Below, piece by piece: positions 1 through 13,254 of a stretch of 64,000 nucleotides of DNA. The DNA is from Octopus vulgaris. Taxonomy: Eukaryota. The notes beneath the pieces were generated by a model that saw only the letters and a program-made list of their open reading frames with translations, did no database searches and was not told the DNA's origin. The position numbers were made by a program, and so were the translations under genes. Each line of letters opens with the position of its first letter. Positions within the stretch are counted from its first letter, which is position 1. The DNA is taken from assembly GCA_951406725.2 (NCBI GenBank), contig OX597815.1:176638001-176702000 (forward strand). Reading direction: 5' to 3'.

Positions 1-1584
1 CTGCCTCTACTACTGGTATATTAATTATTTGTGGTAAGGCTGTAGCAAATTATCTGTTAGTCAACACATTAAGTGAAAGAAACATGATTGAGCAAATATT
101 GTATAGGAGAAGACACTCAGACATTGTGAGTTCAATTGTACGTTATTCTTGTCTGAAAATGAATGGTGTCTGATACAATCGAAGCAAGACTCTGTTACTG
201 CAAAGTTCGAAGTTTAATAGAAAACATAACCGTATATTTCTTCCTATGCATGCAACAAGTCTTTTATGTGAATATATGAATTACAACATTGAGATATTTC
301 ACAGAGCAGTATAAGCACAAAGCAGCCTGGATGCCGCTGCCGCAAATTCCTGAGTAGTTTATCTACTTTGGCATGGCATCTATCATTTAATCTAAATCAT
401 GTTGCCGCGTATGTTTTCGCATCAGAAACTTCGTACATTTTTCCTCTTTTCTTTTTCTATTTATTTTTTGAAAGTAACATGTTTTATGTAATCGCAAGCT
501 TTTTCTATACAGGAAAGTGATCTAATGTTTCCTGTGTATTTTTTATTCACAATACAATTTTCGAACTTTGAATTAACGGCAATAATTTTTGTCAATATGT
601 CTCTCATTCGCCCCCGCTTATTTTTTAGCGCTTTACTTCCAACCCTTGCTATATAATTTCTCTCGTTGAAGAAAAAACATATTCCTTGAAATAAGCACTT
701 TCAAGGAATACAAATAAAAAGAAAAAAGTGTAATTAGGTTTGCTTTAATATAATAAGTAAATTAATATTTTACCACCTGCTATACGAAAATAGTTTCTTT
801 ACCTGGAAGCAGTTTATTGCTCTGACATACACGCTGCAGAAAGAGAATAAAACGGAATGAAATTCACAAAAATTTTTGAAGAAGTGTAGCATTTATATGA
901 CTACAAAATATTAATTGGGAAGCCATGGCATTTCGCTTTCATTTAGTAGAACATCTGTTATTTCTACGAGAATCAGATAACTATTATTATATTGAATAAT
1001 GCTGTACTATTTGAAGGGTCATCGGTTCAAGATCGTATCATCTCTGTGGAAATGTCTTGGCTTTAATTCTTAATTTTGAAATGTTTAGTCAATCCATTGC
1101 TGAATTCACTTTCACTTAAGCGTGACAGCCTCTACGATTATGTTAAACTAGAAAAAGGTTTTTTATGAACGAAAGATCATTATTGATGTCCTTTGCACTT
1201 TTCAGTACCCATAAGGGTGTCTCACAAATCACCGCTTGCAGGCCAAATTTGGTCTGCAGCTTCATTTCGTTCGTCCATTGGTTTTTCATCCAAATTATGA
1301 CGTTGCAAACAACATAAATCTTTCCTTTCCTAATTAATATTTCCTTAGTAAATATGAAAACACGATATAGGAAGAGTAAGAGATTCATTCGTGTAGAGAA
1401 GGGGTTAGGAAAATAGACGCGGGCACGCACACGCATGCGCACGCACGCACACACAGACACACACATACACAAACACACTGTGTGTGGGGGGAAGGGGGGG
1501 TCTGGTAGACGGTGGGGTCAGAAACAAATATGCAGGCACTATTGCATCCGAATTCTGTAACCATCATGAGCAAAGTATGTTAAA

Positions 1585-1775
1585 ACGGAGTGGAGATTCT
1601 TTTGTCTGGCAGATAGTTTACAATACTGATGGTTGTACAATACTGTGGACTAAAGTGGTTAGCTGTGGCGGCAGGAGGTAAAGGAATTCTTTGGTTCAAT
1701 CAGGAATTTCAAGATGCAATCCAAGCAAAGAAAGAGATTTACAAATCTCGGTTTCAAAACAAGACTCCGCTTACA
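1585..1775 (+). mobile_element. Degraded RTE-type LINE ORF2 fragment (linker between endonuclease and RT)
   Basis: Translation QYCGLKWLAVAAGGKGILWFNQEFQDAIQAKKEIYK resembles the RTE pattern CGxK...GG...WWNxEVxxAIxxKKxAYK. Confidence 0.5.
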
Positions 1776-2094
1776 CTTCTATATTTTAGAGATGAAGAAT
1801 ATCTCTACATTATTTACATTATTTACAAATAAGGAAAACTCGGTACTCGACAGATTCCACTGATTGGGAACATAGACATGGGCGAAATGTAAGTCTCCCA
1901 AATTCAAAGTCTTCCCACTTTAACTGTGTTCAGTCCATACCAGAGACGAAGCAAGGGCAAACAAAGAATATAAATTCATACAAAAATACAAACCAAGACT
2001 GAATATACTTCAACAAATTACATTCACCAACACTTATTCACACAGAAACATATCCCAGTGAATGTTCAACTTCTTCTCTCCATATGCATTTCCA

Positions 2095-2425
2095 TATATG
2101 TGTGTATGTTTCTGTGTATGTGTGTATGTGTGTGTATGTATGTGTGTATGCATGTATGTGTGTATGTGTGTGTGTGCATGTATATATGTATGTATGTGTG
2201 TGCATGTATGTATGTGTATATATTGTGCATGTATGTATGTGTGTATGTAAGTGTGTATGTATGTGTGTATGTATGTATGTGTGTGCATGTATATATGTAT
2301 GTACGTGTGTGCATGTATGTATGTATGTGTATGTATGTATGTATGTATGTATGTATGTATGTATGAGTGTATGTGTGTATGTGTGTGTGTGTGTGTGTTT
2401 ATGAGTGTGCATGTATATATATATC
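2095..2425. repeat. Compound (TATG)n/(TG)n microsatellite
   Basis: Directly visible; explains the overlapping H/T/Y/C/V/M ORFs. Confidence 0.95.
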
Positions 2426-2513
2426 GTGATCAGTAAGAGATTAATCATTGTATGTCATGAGAAATAGTCGTCAGAGTACCTTTTTTTATTGAGTATTATT
2501 TTCTTTTACCAAA

Positions 2514-2562
<49 letters not shown>

Positions 2563-2888
2563 ATGCAGAGGAACAGCATTTAATACAACTAGAAATAGAT
2601 TCAAGCGAAGATAAGTGGAATCTTTATCTGTGTGTGTGGGGGGGGGGATGGTAAGTACGTAAACTTTAGAAATGCAGAAAACTTGTGGAAGACTTCTAAT
2701 TGATTCGTTTTACGATTCGTCGACTGCTTTTCGCAGGTCTACAATATTCATCTGACTTATAATAGCTGAAAGAAATTAGCCAACTACTGTAATGAGGAGC
2801 TTAATTAGCGTATGTAGGTTTTCACTGCTTGTTATTAATTAAACTATATATGCTGTGTGTGCCTTCACAGTTAAAGCCTTCAAATATT

Positions 2889-2905
2889 TACACACACACA
2901 CAGGT

Positions 2906-2998
<93 letters not shown>

Positions 2999-3050
2999 CC
3001 CGCGCACACACGTACATATACATGTGCACACAGGCACACAGCACGTGCGC
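2889..3050. repeat. (CA)n microsatellite (another at 2520-2561)
   Basis: Directly visible. Confidence 0.95.
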
Positions 3051-3814
3051 GTATCAATGCACTGATAATGGCATAAGACTAAAGGCAAGAATCTGCCGTT
3101 AATGTCATGTCATCAAAGATTATTGGAGGATGGACCGACGGCAAATTATTGTTCGTAATTGTCAGAGTGACTATAGTCGTGCTAATTGAATATTGTATGC
3201 AAATCTATTACCTAACGAAGCAGTTATTTCACTATTGTCGTCTCACATGAAATATACTCTCAGAGAAATGTGAAAGCTTGAAACAGCATTTTTTTCCTCT
3301 TTTACATTAGTATAAATGCTAATAAGGAAGCTGCAACTAAAGCTAGTTTCAGAATTATATAGTTGGAAAGAGACCATTTGTTGTTGTTGCTGAATTCATT
3401 AACTACTGCATGGTAGCAATAGGGAAAAACGCATACCCTAGATGAATAAAAATCTAAAATGTAACTAATAATACAAGAGACCAAGGAAGCTAAAAACATA
3501 CGAGGCGACAGCAGGTGCCACTTAAGCAATAATGCGTAAGAGTTTCACTGGTTGTTTTTGCTTAGTTCTGGCTCAAGATGTACTTATGGCTCTCTATTCC
3601 TTTGGGTAATTAATGCTGCTTCTGAAGCGACAGAAGAACCAGCTTCAAGGAGTAGCGCGCTGAAGAAGATATTTCTCAGTAATTGACAAAACACCGAGCA
3701 ACTTCAATTTGGCTTCGAAATGTCTGAAACGTCCCCGTGGCTTAACTTTTCTCAATTGACAAGTGAGGAAGCTATAATTGGAATCGATTTGGTTTCATCG
3801 AATAAACCTTGTAA

Positions 3815-4070
3815 GACGACCCCCAGCATAGCCACAGACCAATGACTGGCAGAAGTAAACATGTCTAGTAATCGTGAGTTCAATTCCTAGACCGAGTGCT
3901 GCATTGTGTTCTTGAGCAGAACACATCATCTCGCCTTGCTCTGCGATCACTTCCACAGCGTGCACCTGTTCATGCAGTGTCGATGTGATGGAGAGAGGGC
4001 GCTAATGTCGTGGCACGAAAACTTGATCACTATAAGCAACTCCTTTGTACAGGTTGTTTGGCAAAAGCTG
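3815..4070 (+). mobile_element. Degraded SINE fragments (family B 3' tail, then family C-like head/CORE)
   Basis: ccagcatagccacagaccaatgactg matches the B tail; gagttcaattcc (B box) and ttgtgttcttgagcagaacac match the family C head. Confidence 0.6.
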
Positions 4071-4121
4071 AAAACTTTTGTCCCTAAAATCTTTCGTTAA
4101 GAAATATATGCGTGTATATAG

Positions 4122-4262
4122 CGAGAGAGAGAAAGAGAGAGAGAGAAATAGAGATTGAGTGTGAGAGAGAGAGAGAGAGTGAGAGAGAGGAAGAGAGAGT
4201 GAGAGAGAGTGAGAGAGAGTGAGAGAGTGTGAGAGAGTGTGAGAGAGAGAGAGTGAGAGAGC
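4122..4262. repeat. (GA)n-rich microsatellite
   Basis: Directly visible. Confidence 0.95.
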
Positions 4263-6744
4263 GTCGGTTCGTTATGAACCAAAACGAAAGTTATGTTGCA
4301 GTCGCATAAATCCACAACAATTATTATACTGATTAGAAGACGATTCGGCGTTTATTTTTTAATATACTATGCGAAGAAATCTTTTAGAATAATCATAAAT
4401 AGCTTCAACTAATTGAACCCAGCTAAAGATAAATAAAATCAACCGCTCCCATCTTGATAAATTCATCCATGAAACAAATTCTCTATTTTCATTTAAATTT
4501 GCTGAAGACATTTTCTCTGAAGAAAAATTTCCATAGCAATTTTCAGATATCACTGAAAATGCGAAAAAATTCCACTTATTTAAAAATTCGTTGAAATGCA
4601 TTATCAAGAAACTTCAATGAAATCTTCGTTTGGAAGTTTGTTGATCTTAATCAATCCCCAAAATGGCATGCTAAAAGACATAAACATAAAGAAAACTGAC
4701 TTTCATAAATGCCTTTCGAAGAAATGAAAGAAAACCAACATATCTTTCTTTGGGGTAAGTTTCATCACTTCGAACCATCTCTATGTGAAAAACATCTTCA
4801 AAGATGAAGTATATTAAGTTACGTTTTTGATCTGCGTTCACCGATCACAACTTTCAGTTAGGTTGTACAATAGGGCGCTTTTGATATATTCGAGTGCAAT
4901 GCCAAATTTTACAGCAACGCCCCATATCCGTTATGGATATACGAATTCGATCAGGTACTTCCCTATATGGAACGATCCTTCCTTCCTCACTCATGAACCT
5001 AGAACTGCGTACACCTCTACCCTCCCTTACCGATATAAACCCGACTTATCTCCCATATTCCACCCTTCCACCCAAAATTTAAGCATAGTAACATACACTC
5101 CTCCACCCTGCGATTGCAGGTCCCAAGTCTGCTGTTGTCTATTGACATCCACGTCAGCGCGAACCTTCTTACCATAGGCGTGTGCATTTTGGTTTGTTGA
5201 GAGGGTTCGAGAGCAATGGCATAGAGTGTGTGCAGTGTGGACTCGGTTGCCAACAGAACATAGTAAGTCTTCTTTCTTGATAGCCACCGTTTACGGTACC
5301 ATCACAATTGAGACCTGGCCGAAAAGACTAAAGACCAAAAGGTAAATTGTAGGGTCGTGACTTGTAGGATTTACGCAAACGTCCTTTATATTAAATGTGC
5401 GATAAAATATATATTTGAATGAAAACTGTGATTTTAACAAATATTCTTCATACTCTTGTCCGTACATAAGATTTATTGGTATTTCTAAGTAAGCATAATA
5501 AAGGTAAATTCTGAAGATCAATAATGTTCATTCATATCTCTATATTATTAATTAACTTTTTAAATCCCGGTTAGAGATTATTAGAATTTCTAGCATCGCG
5601 CAATTGTTTACCAGAAATATATAATCGAATAGTATAAGCTGAACTATCACGCGATTTATTTTTAATATTTACTTATCAGCCGTATCCTTCAATTTACCAT
5701 CTCACATTAAAAGACACGCCTTCACGCAAAATTGTATAAAGAGACATTTCGTTTTCTTTTTCATACGTCAGAACATCTCTCTCTATTATTATCATATTAT
5801 AAACCTAGAGTAAGAGAGATTGTGCGATTTTTACTATTGCATCGATTAGCTGTGTATTCATGATAATAGATTAAATAATAAGAATAGTAAACTAACAAAG
5901 ATACACAAATTACATTAACATTTGTACAAATTGCTTTTTTTTTGCTATTATATTATGGAATATTTTATTACTGTTTGACTTTGTATTGTTGTTGTTGTTG
6001 GAGATAGAAGCTTCTCTTGTATACACACATACCACACACACGCATTATTTTTCTTATATTTCTCTTTTGTGAAAAGGAAGTAAAAGAAAATTGTATCATT
6101 TAATCGCCAGATCGACACCAACAAGAAACGAGAAAGAACGCAGCACTCATGCTCCTGATAATGACACCAACAAGGAATAATAAACACATTTGTTCGCAAA
6201 GACATATAATAATCTAAATATATAACATTGATTGTTGAGATTAGTTTCGAATTATACCTGACCAAAAAGAAATAAAAGAGAGATAGATAGATAGAGAGAG
6301 AGAGAGAATAAAACGGTAAAAATCTAACGGGAATAGAAACGGTCCTCATATTTAGATAAGCAACCTGTTCGTAGATATTTCACCATATCCTTTTATGTTT
6401 GTATCAATATTTATATTTTTAATCTTTCTTCATGATATTTGTCCAAGCTTCAGCAGAATTGATTTCATATCTTCTGAGACTACTAACTTCTTGAATATAG
6501 GACAAAAATACACCGAAGTAGAGGAGAAATAATCTTAGTATTTTATGATAAAACACACGGCTTTAAATACAAAATAATGCATATCTCTAATTGTATTCTT
6601 TTTTTTTCTTTTGTTTTTAACTTATCGAACATAAAGTTGTTTCCGCATATTTATCGTTGGTGAACTTCAAATTAAAGCTAATCCAAAGGTAACTGAGAAA
6701 ATAATATTTGCCAATGGCAAATTTGATAACAAATGTGAGAAGAA

Positions 6745-6755
6745 TATACATATAC

Positions 6756-6842
<87 letters not shown>

Positions 6843-6846
6843 TATG

Positions 6847-6884
<38 letters not shown>

Positions 6885-6955
6885 CACATATATATATATG
6901 TATATATATATTCACACACTAATACACACAAATACATATGCACACATATGTACAC
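6745..6955. repeat. (TA)n microsatellite
   Basis: Directly visible. Confidence 0.95.
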
Positions 6956-7596
6956 AAACCCAGCTACACATATCTGCTTGATGAAACGTAATCCATTAAT
7001 AGCGCACCATGTGGAAATGGACTTCCATACCCGAGACATATTTCTGGTTTCAGAAGAATTTGCTAGCAAGAAGTAATCGAATTTATTCCGAACGAACGCA
7101 CGAATTTACACATTTATATCAGTCATTTAGGCTTCTTACTAAAGTAGAAGTCAATGAATAAAAAAACGGTTTTTAACGATAACTCAAGACCACTTCTTTT
7201 TTAATTTCAACATCAACTGTAGTTGCACATGTGTGTCTACGTGCAAGTATTTGGCGCAAAGTTTAGTGCATATCTGTATGTTGAGCTTTACACCCTCCAT
7301 ACCCCTACACACACACACATACACACCCACACATATCGTTATCTGTAAAGGTAATTAGCCTTATTATTCATTACCCCCCCCCCCCAATATATATATAAAT
7401 AAAAAAACTGAAACAACAACGCAACAGTCGACAATGAAACATCCGGACAGATAGACGATTCAGGAAAAAACAGCTAAAACACGGACAGGTAAAAAACGAG
7501 GACGGGTCATTCGCAGCATTCTCTTCTCAGCCAAGTTTCCTGACTGTCTTTTTGTTGTTCTTGCTACATTCGTGTTCCATTTTTTAGATTTATATA

Positions 7597-7919
7597 AAAG
7601 ACTCCGCCGGTTACGACGATGAGGGTCCCAGCTGATACGATCAACGGAACAGCTTGCTCGTGAAATTAACGTGCAAATGGCTGAGCATTCCACAGACACA
7701 TGTACCCTTAACGTAGTTCTCGGGGATAATCAGCGTGACACAGAGAGTGACAAGGCTGACCCTTTGAAATACAAGTACAACTCATTTTTGCCAGCTGAGT
7801 GGACTGGAGCAACGTGAAATAAAGTGTCTTGCTCAAGGACACAACGCGTCGCCGGGAATCGAACTCACAACCTTACGATCATGAGCCGAATGCCCTAACC
7901 ACTAAGCCACGCGCCTCCA
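7597..7919 (-). mobile_element. Full-length tRNA-derived SINE, family C (CORE-like), with 13-bp TSD
   Basis: Minus strand GGAGGCGCGTGGCTTAGTGG (A box)...GTTCGATTCC (B box)...TTGTGTCCTTGAGCAAGACACTT (CORE-like); TSD ttagatttatata at 7584-7596 and 7920-7932. Confidence 0.9.
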
Positions 7920-8567
7920 TTAGATTTATATATACATATAGCGGCGTACGTACACCTTTGCTCACCTTCTAAGTAAGTAAGTATGTACACGCGCACACAC
8001 ACACACACGCACACGCACACGCACACACACACACACACACATATATATATAAACATTGATCGTAGTACAAACATCAAATTCGAATGAACGACTTTATATA
8101 TAACTTCATACCTCCAAACATTTGATCCTATATAAATATTACCGTGACTCTTAAACATATAAAGCATACATATATAAAAAAAAAACATATAAAGTATGCA
8201 TATATAAAAAAAGAGAAGGTAAAAACTGTATATGCAAATAAAAATACAACTATATAGAACGGCCTATCAAAAAGGTAAATAAAATCGACTAAAAATACTA
8301 AATCGTGTCATTAGAATAAAAAACTAAATAAAATAAAATATCAATCGACTAAAAAAATTTCTTACACCCTTCAAACAAATGAGTACGTCCAAAAAATTCA
8401 TTTCATAAAAACCATGGGAGGTTGGAGTCCAGGAGCAAAGAGAGTTCCAGAAAATCAAGTCAAACACATCTACGGCCATTTCGGGAGTTTATTGCCGTGG
8501 TTCGATTACAAGTTTAAGTGCATCTAGGTAATGCCCCACCCCCTATAAGGGTGAACAAGAAACTCAA

Positions 8568-8628
<61 letters not shown>

Positions 8629-8709
8629 ACCTGTGTCTTTTATTTCTCTCCTTTCTCTTTCTTTATCTTTCTCGCTCTTCCTCTTTCTCTTTCTTTTCAT
8701 TTCTCTTTC

Positions 8710-8880
8710 ATTAAGTCGATTATATCGACCCCAGTGCGTAACTGGTACTTAATTTACTGACCCCGAAAGGATGAAAGGCAAAGTCGAATTCGGCAGAATT
8801 TGAAGTCAGAACGCAACGGCATACGAAACAAGGCTACGCTTTTTGCCCGGCGTGCTAACGTCTCTGCCAGCTCGCCGCCT
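8710..8880 (-). mobile_element. SINE family A (tRNA head + Nin-like domain)
   Basis: Reverse complement of GGCGGCGAGCTGGCAGA...GCCTTTCATCCTTTCGGGGTC...AAGTACCAG; many copies in the window. Confidence 0.85.
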
Positions 8881-8921
8881 TTTTATGTGTAAACATATAT
8901 TCATACATGTACATAATATTT

Positions 8922-8961
<40 letters not shown>

Positions 8962-10311
8962 GCACACACATATATACATATATGTGTATGTGTGCGTGTG
9001 TGTCTGTGTGTGTGTGGCGAATACATTGGTTTAAATGAAATGCCGAGAATAACCATAATCTATTTGACACAGAATCACTTGAATTAAATCTATTTATAGA
9101 GACTGCACCAATTTCCCTGCTTTCGTATTTGTATGGCCGATGTCAATGACTACAACACGATTTCAACATGATTCAACAAAATCTTAAGTGCTTGTACATA
9201 GGTCTTCATACTTCTAAATGTTCCTCCATAAATAATTTCAAGATAGAGGGAAATTCTTCTTGTGCTAATATCCACCTGTGTAAACCTGAAGGATAAGCAT
9301 GTGAGACCTACTGTGTGGAGCATGGGGAAACACTCTGAGGTGGTAAGAAGTGTTTCTATATTTAGTACGAGTCAAATAATTTCAAGAAATGTTGTTAGCT
9401 GATATCTTCGAGCCATTAAAGTAACTTTATTCTATCGATTCTAAAATGATGGAAGGCAAAGTTGGACGCGGTGGGTCTCGAAATCACAACTTAAATTGTG
9501 TAAGGAATACCGCAAGATGTAGTATCCAATACTGAAATGATTTTGTTAATAAACTACTTCTAGAATAGAAATAACAATATTTATTACGTGTTTGTCAAAA
9601 TTGATCCGAATAGCGATTCTTTTAATGAATATTATAGTCCCAGTTATTGCAAATCAAATATACAGTGAACTTCGTTGTTCAATACGTAAAATATGTTAAC
9701 TGTAATATATAAAACAAGGTTAGCATAAATCCTTCCTGCTTACCATTTTTAGAACTAATTGTTTATTTCTGATATTTCTAGGCACTTTCTTGAATTGAAC
9801 GTTTGGTTATATCAGAACGTATCCATCTGTGGAAATTTCACATATATTTCCCGAAACGTCAGTTTGAATTTTTTCATTCTATTACAAAACTTGTGACATT
9901 AAAATGCATATATATTTAGTTAGACACTGTGAAAATATCTTGAGTAACAGAATTAATATTCAGAAACTCTATAATTCAATCAATTTAGTTATAGGTTATG
10001 AGTAAGCTGAATCGATTTGTAGATATATCCAAGTAAGTTTTAACACAATTTCGGATTATTCTCAAGTGAATTGATGAGAAATAGTTTAACTTAAATGAAT
10101 ACGGAATTTTCTGGAATATATATATATCACGATGATCTTCGTATGTGTTCCATTTTCTGGTTTAGTAACTAACTTTATAGTATGTGTACAGAATGCTATG
10201 AAACCATTAGCACGATTTCTCCCATGGGTTGTTGAATTCAATGTTAAGGTAATTAATATCTTCTCCATTGCTCTGGTCAATATTAACAATAAGGAAATTT
10301 ATATATATATA

Positions 10312-10817
10312 CTAGCAGTATCGCCCGGCGTTGCTCGGGTTTGTAAGGGAAATAACTATATAAGCATTTTTAGAGAGTTACTTCCCTTATAAATTCGGGC
10401 TTTCTTAGCCATTTTTGTTTTGGTGTCTTCAAGCCATGAAGTCGTTGTTCTAAAAGAACGCTGGTTTCCTTCACAACGCATTACGACGTTGATTTCTTTA
10501 CACTCCCTTCCCCACAGCTTCACGAGGGAGGGAAGGGGGAGAAGCAAACAGGTGCAGCTGTGAGCGTGGACGCCAACTCCGCCGCCATCGACACACGATG
10601 CATTTTATGCATTAAAATGGAATAAAAAATGATGTTAAATTATTTTTAAAATCGTAGACTCATCGTTGACGCGCGCTAATAGTCAGACGGGCTCGATATG
10701 AATCACGACTATAAGATACCTGGTTTTGGTTAAACTGCACCGCAAAATGTGGGAGGAGTTAGGAATCTAAATCGAAGGGGACAGACACTCACACAACTAG
10801 AGTTTTATATATATAGA
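10312..10817 (-). mobile_element. Non-autonomous Helitron
   Basis: Minus strand starts A|TCTATATATATAAAA and ends with hairpin CCCGAGCAACGCCGGG, then CGATACTGCTAG|T; inserted in AT without a TSD. Confidence 0.85.
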
Positions 10818-10842
10818 TATATATATATACATAATAATAATG

Positions 10843-10880
<38 letters not shown>

Positions 10881-11038
10881 ATTAGGGAGTATCACTTCAA
10901 ACTTACAGGGAAAATTTCAATTTAGTATTAAATCAAATTTCACACTATAAAACGTACGTAGTGTTTTTACTTATTATATTATATATTTATCATTCATTTT
11001 ATACTGTTTGAGATCTATCTATATATATATATATATAG

Positions 11039-11091
<53 letters not shown>

Positions 11092-11155
11092 ATTCATGTA
11101 TTGGTTTATGACTATCACTGTTTCAGTTGCATAATAGTGGTTTTATCTCTATTTC

Positions 11156-11200
<45 letters not shown>

Positions 11201-11219
11201 AAGATAAACATAACAAGAA

Positions 11220-11375
11220 AAAAAGCAACAACGCAGGGACGAGGTACGTGCAAAGTTGTAGCAGACGCTCAGGGAAGGAAAGAAAGGTGGCTTTACCGTT
11301 TCGAGTGAATCTCCTCCTCAGAAACAGGGAAAGGAAGACGGAGGAAAACAAATCGACAACGATCCACGTGTAGTC
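11220..11375 (-). mobile_element. Penelope-like terminal repeat fragment with a minimal hammerhead-like motif
   Basis: Minus strand CTGAGGA-GGAGATTCACTC-GAAAC-GGTA at ~11294-11321. Confidence 0.5.
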
Positions 11376-11384
11376 TTATTTTGA

Positions 11385-11398
11385 AATATATATATATA

Positions 11399-11489
<91 letters not shown>

Positions 11490-11495
11490 GTGTGT
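11385..11495. repeat. (TA)n/(TG)n microsatellite
   Basis: Directly visible. Confidence 0.95.
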
Positions 11496-12275
11496 TAGAC
11501 TGAAAAATCGCTCAATTTATGGCTTTTGGGAATGAATCCCTGTTATATCTAATCTCCCCCTTAAAGAAAGCAAACTAAAAATTTTATTTCGATTTTGTTT
11601 TATGAAACAAAGTTTTATTTGTGAAAATACTTATAATTTACAGGTATGTGATGAAGTGTCTGAGTCTAAATACATGACAAACATTTCGTTATGGGATTTA
11701 ATGTCATGTGTTCTTTAGGCTTATTGCTTTGTATTAGGTTCTGTATAATGTTTATAGAACAAAAGGGTACAGCTTAATGGAATACAGGCAATGCATTTAT
11801 TGGAAAGAATGATTGAATACCCTTTTTGATGCCAAATTTTTGGAATAAATTCAAAGAAACAGAACTGTGAGGACATGTGTCCAAAAATCTAGAATGTAGA
11901 TGAGTTGATGCGTGAATTTAAAGAAGAATAATGTTGATATTTGTTTGACACAAATGTTGTAGATGTACATATCAAACTTATAGGGGGAACACATTTGTAA
12001 AGACTTCAGTTTATTTAGAAAACAACGGAAGATCAGCGCCAACGAACCTTTCATTGTTCAGACTTTTCGAACGTGTTAAGGGGAGGTAAAATGTTCTCAA
12101 ACCAGATAACTAAAATGTATTCTTGCAATAAAGGCATCCAAACTCATGGTAGTGAAACAGACTGTGACAATTTGAAATCTACCATCTAAGAAGAGACAAC
12201 GCAAAGGACCGTCTCTATTGTATACTCTAAAGATCCTATAAAGCCAGCGTCCTGAGCTGGTGCTTTATTTTAATC

Positions 12276-12999
12276 CAATGGTTCCTAAACGGCACAGTGC
12301 GGCTCATAAGAGCGGCGGAAGAGAATAGCAGTTAAGGCGAAATGATTGAAAGACAAATATTTCAGAAACAATTTCAAAAATTCATATACTAAAAATAAAT
12401 ATGATTTCTAAATTTAAAATATTGTTATGGATTACTTGTACTTTCATGCAAGAATCCCAGTATAAGTAATCATAAATATTTATTGACCGAATCTATCATT
12501 GTGATGTTTTTGCATTATATCAGGTGTTAAGAATATAGTAACAAGGATCCACGTTTTGGAGGAGAAAGTTATCAATGATAATGTTCTGACTTCGAATCCG
12601 CGGTGATCTCCCTTTGACCATCTCTGCCGTAGCGATGTTTGCGCCTTTCACGGGACCGGGACTTTCCTTCCCCTTAGCTGCTGTCTTCGTTTCCGGCATT
12701 ACGGTCGTTGAAAAAGAAAAAAAAAAGGTTAAACACAGGGTTATATCTGAATCCTTTCAGATCACGGATAGATATTTCTCTTTTTTAAATGATCGAAAGC
12801 ATGACGTGATAACGAGGGCGATCAGATTCCATTTGGCAATCCAGATTCGTCGAATAAACAGGCTATTGAAGAAGACACGCCAAATTCTACAACAGAAGCA
12901 GGCCCAAGTAAATGTCTAAAAAAAAAAGAGAGTTGGCGAGGCGCGAGCAAATTTTCATTCCGAAAATTCGGCTCAGAGAAAAAAGTTTGGGAACCTCTG
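12276..12999. mobile_element. Degenerate hAT-Charlie-like MITE (possibly two fragments)
   Basis: Ends CAATGGTTCCTAAAC and GTTTGGGAACCTCTG form an imperfect TIR pair; flanks ttttaatc / ttttaacg resemble an 8-bp NNNTANNN TSD. Confidence 0.5.
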
Positions 13000-13254
13000 T
13001 TTTAACGTATGTATCAAATAAATGCTAATAAAAATTATCTTGAATATAGCTTCACCTCAAAGACAAGAACAAATAAATACCACACTAAGTTTCTGCTAAA
13101 ACGTCATCTATTGAATAAGCTTTCATGTGTTTCTATCACATTGGAATGTGAGTCTAACATTATAGGAGGACTGTTTGGCAAAATATTTTTTAATTCTAAT
13201 AAAATAGTTACTTTTCTATAGTTATTGCTACTCACACTATTGATCTATTTTGCG

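Larger units (their letters stand above)
3068..4850 (+). pseudogene. Decayed hAT-Charlie/SPIN-type (GTF2IRD2/EPM2AIP1-like) transposase, interrupted by SINE fragments and (GA)n
   Basis: Ordered frameshifted motifs: DGKLLFVI..TIVVLIEYCMQIYYLTKQ (~GKxLCxIC..AVLKEYNLRRHYxTKH); ANKEAATKASFRI..KRPF..AEFINYCMVA; INAASEATEEPAS (~INxxFEVTEELAS); EDIF; C-terminal LCEK..KMKYIK (~YLCEKTFSKMKYVKS). Confidence 0.75.

Noticed and set aside
2034-3088. Many overlapping ORFs rich in H/T/Y/I/C/V (also at 6.6-7.1, 14.9-16.0, 18.1, 27.1, 32.9, 41.1, 49.3 and 59.3-62.8 kb)
   Set aside because: Translations of stop-free microsatellites; no coding signal
4860-5300. GC-richer patch with several 60-116 aa ORFs
   Set aside because: No convincing domain; possibly a decayed LINE fragment, but I cannot assign it
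7840-7919. tRNA-like sequence with A and B boxes
   Set aside because: It is the head of a SINE with a downstream CORE-like domain and a TSD, not a tRNA gene
11555-12085. CCCCTTAA ... TTAAGGGG inverted pair
   Set aside because: The orientation is outward for a TTAA-flanked element and the match is too short
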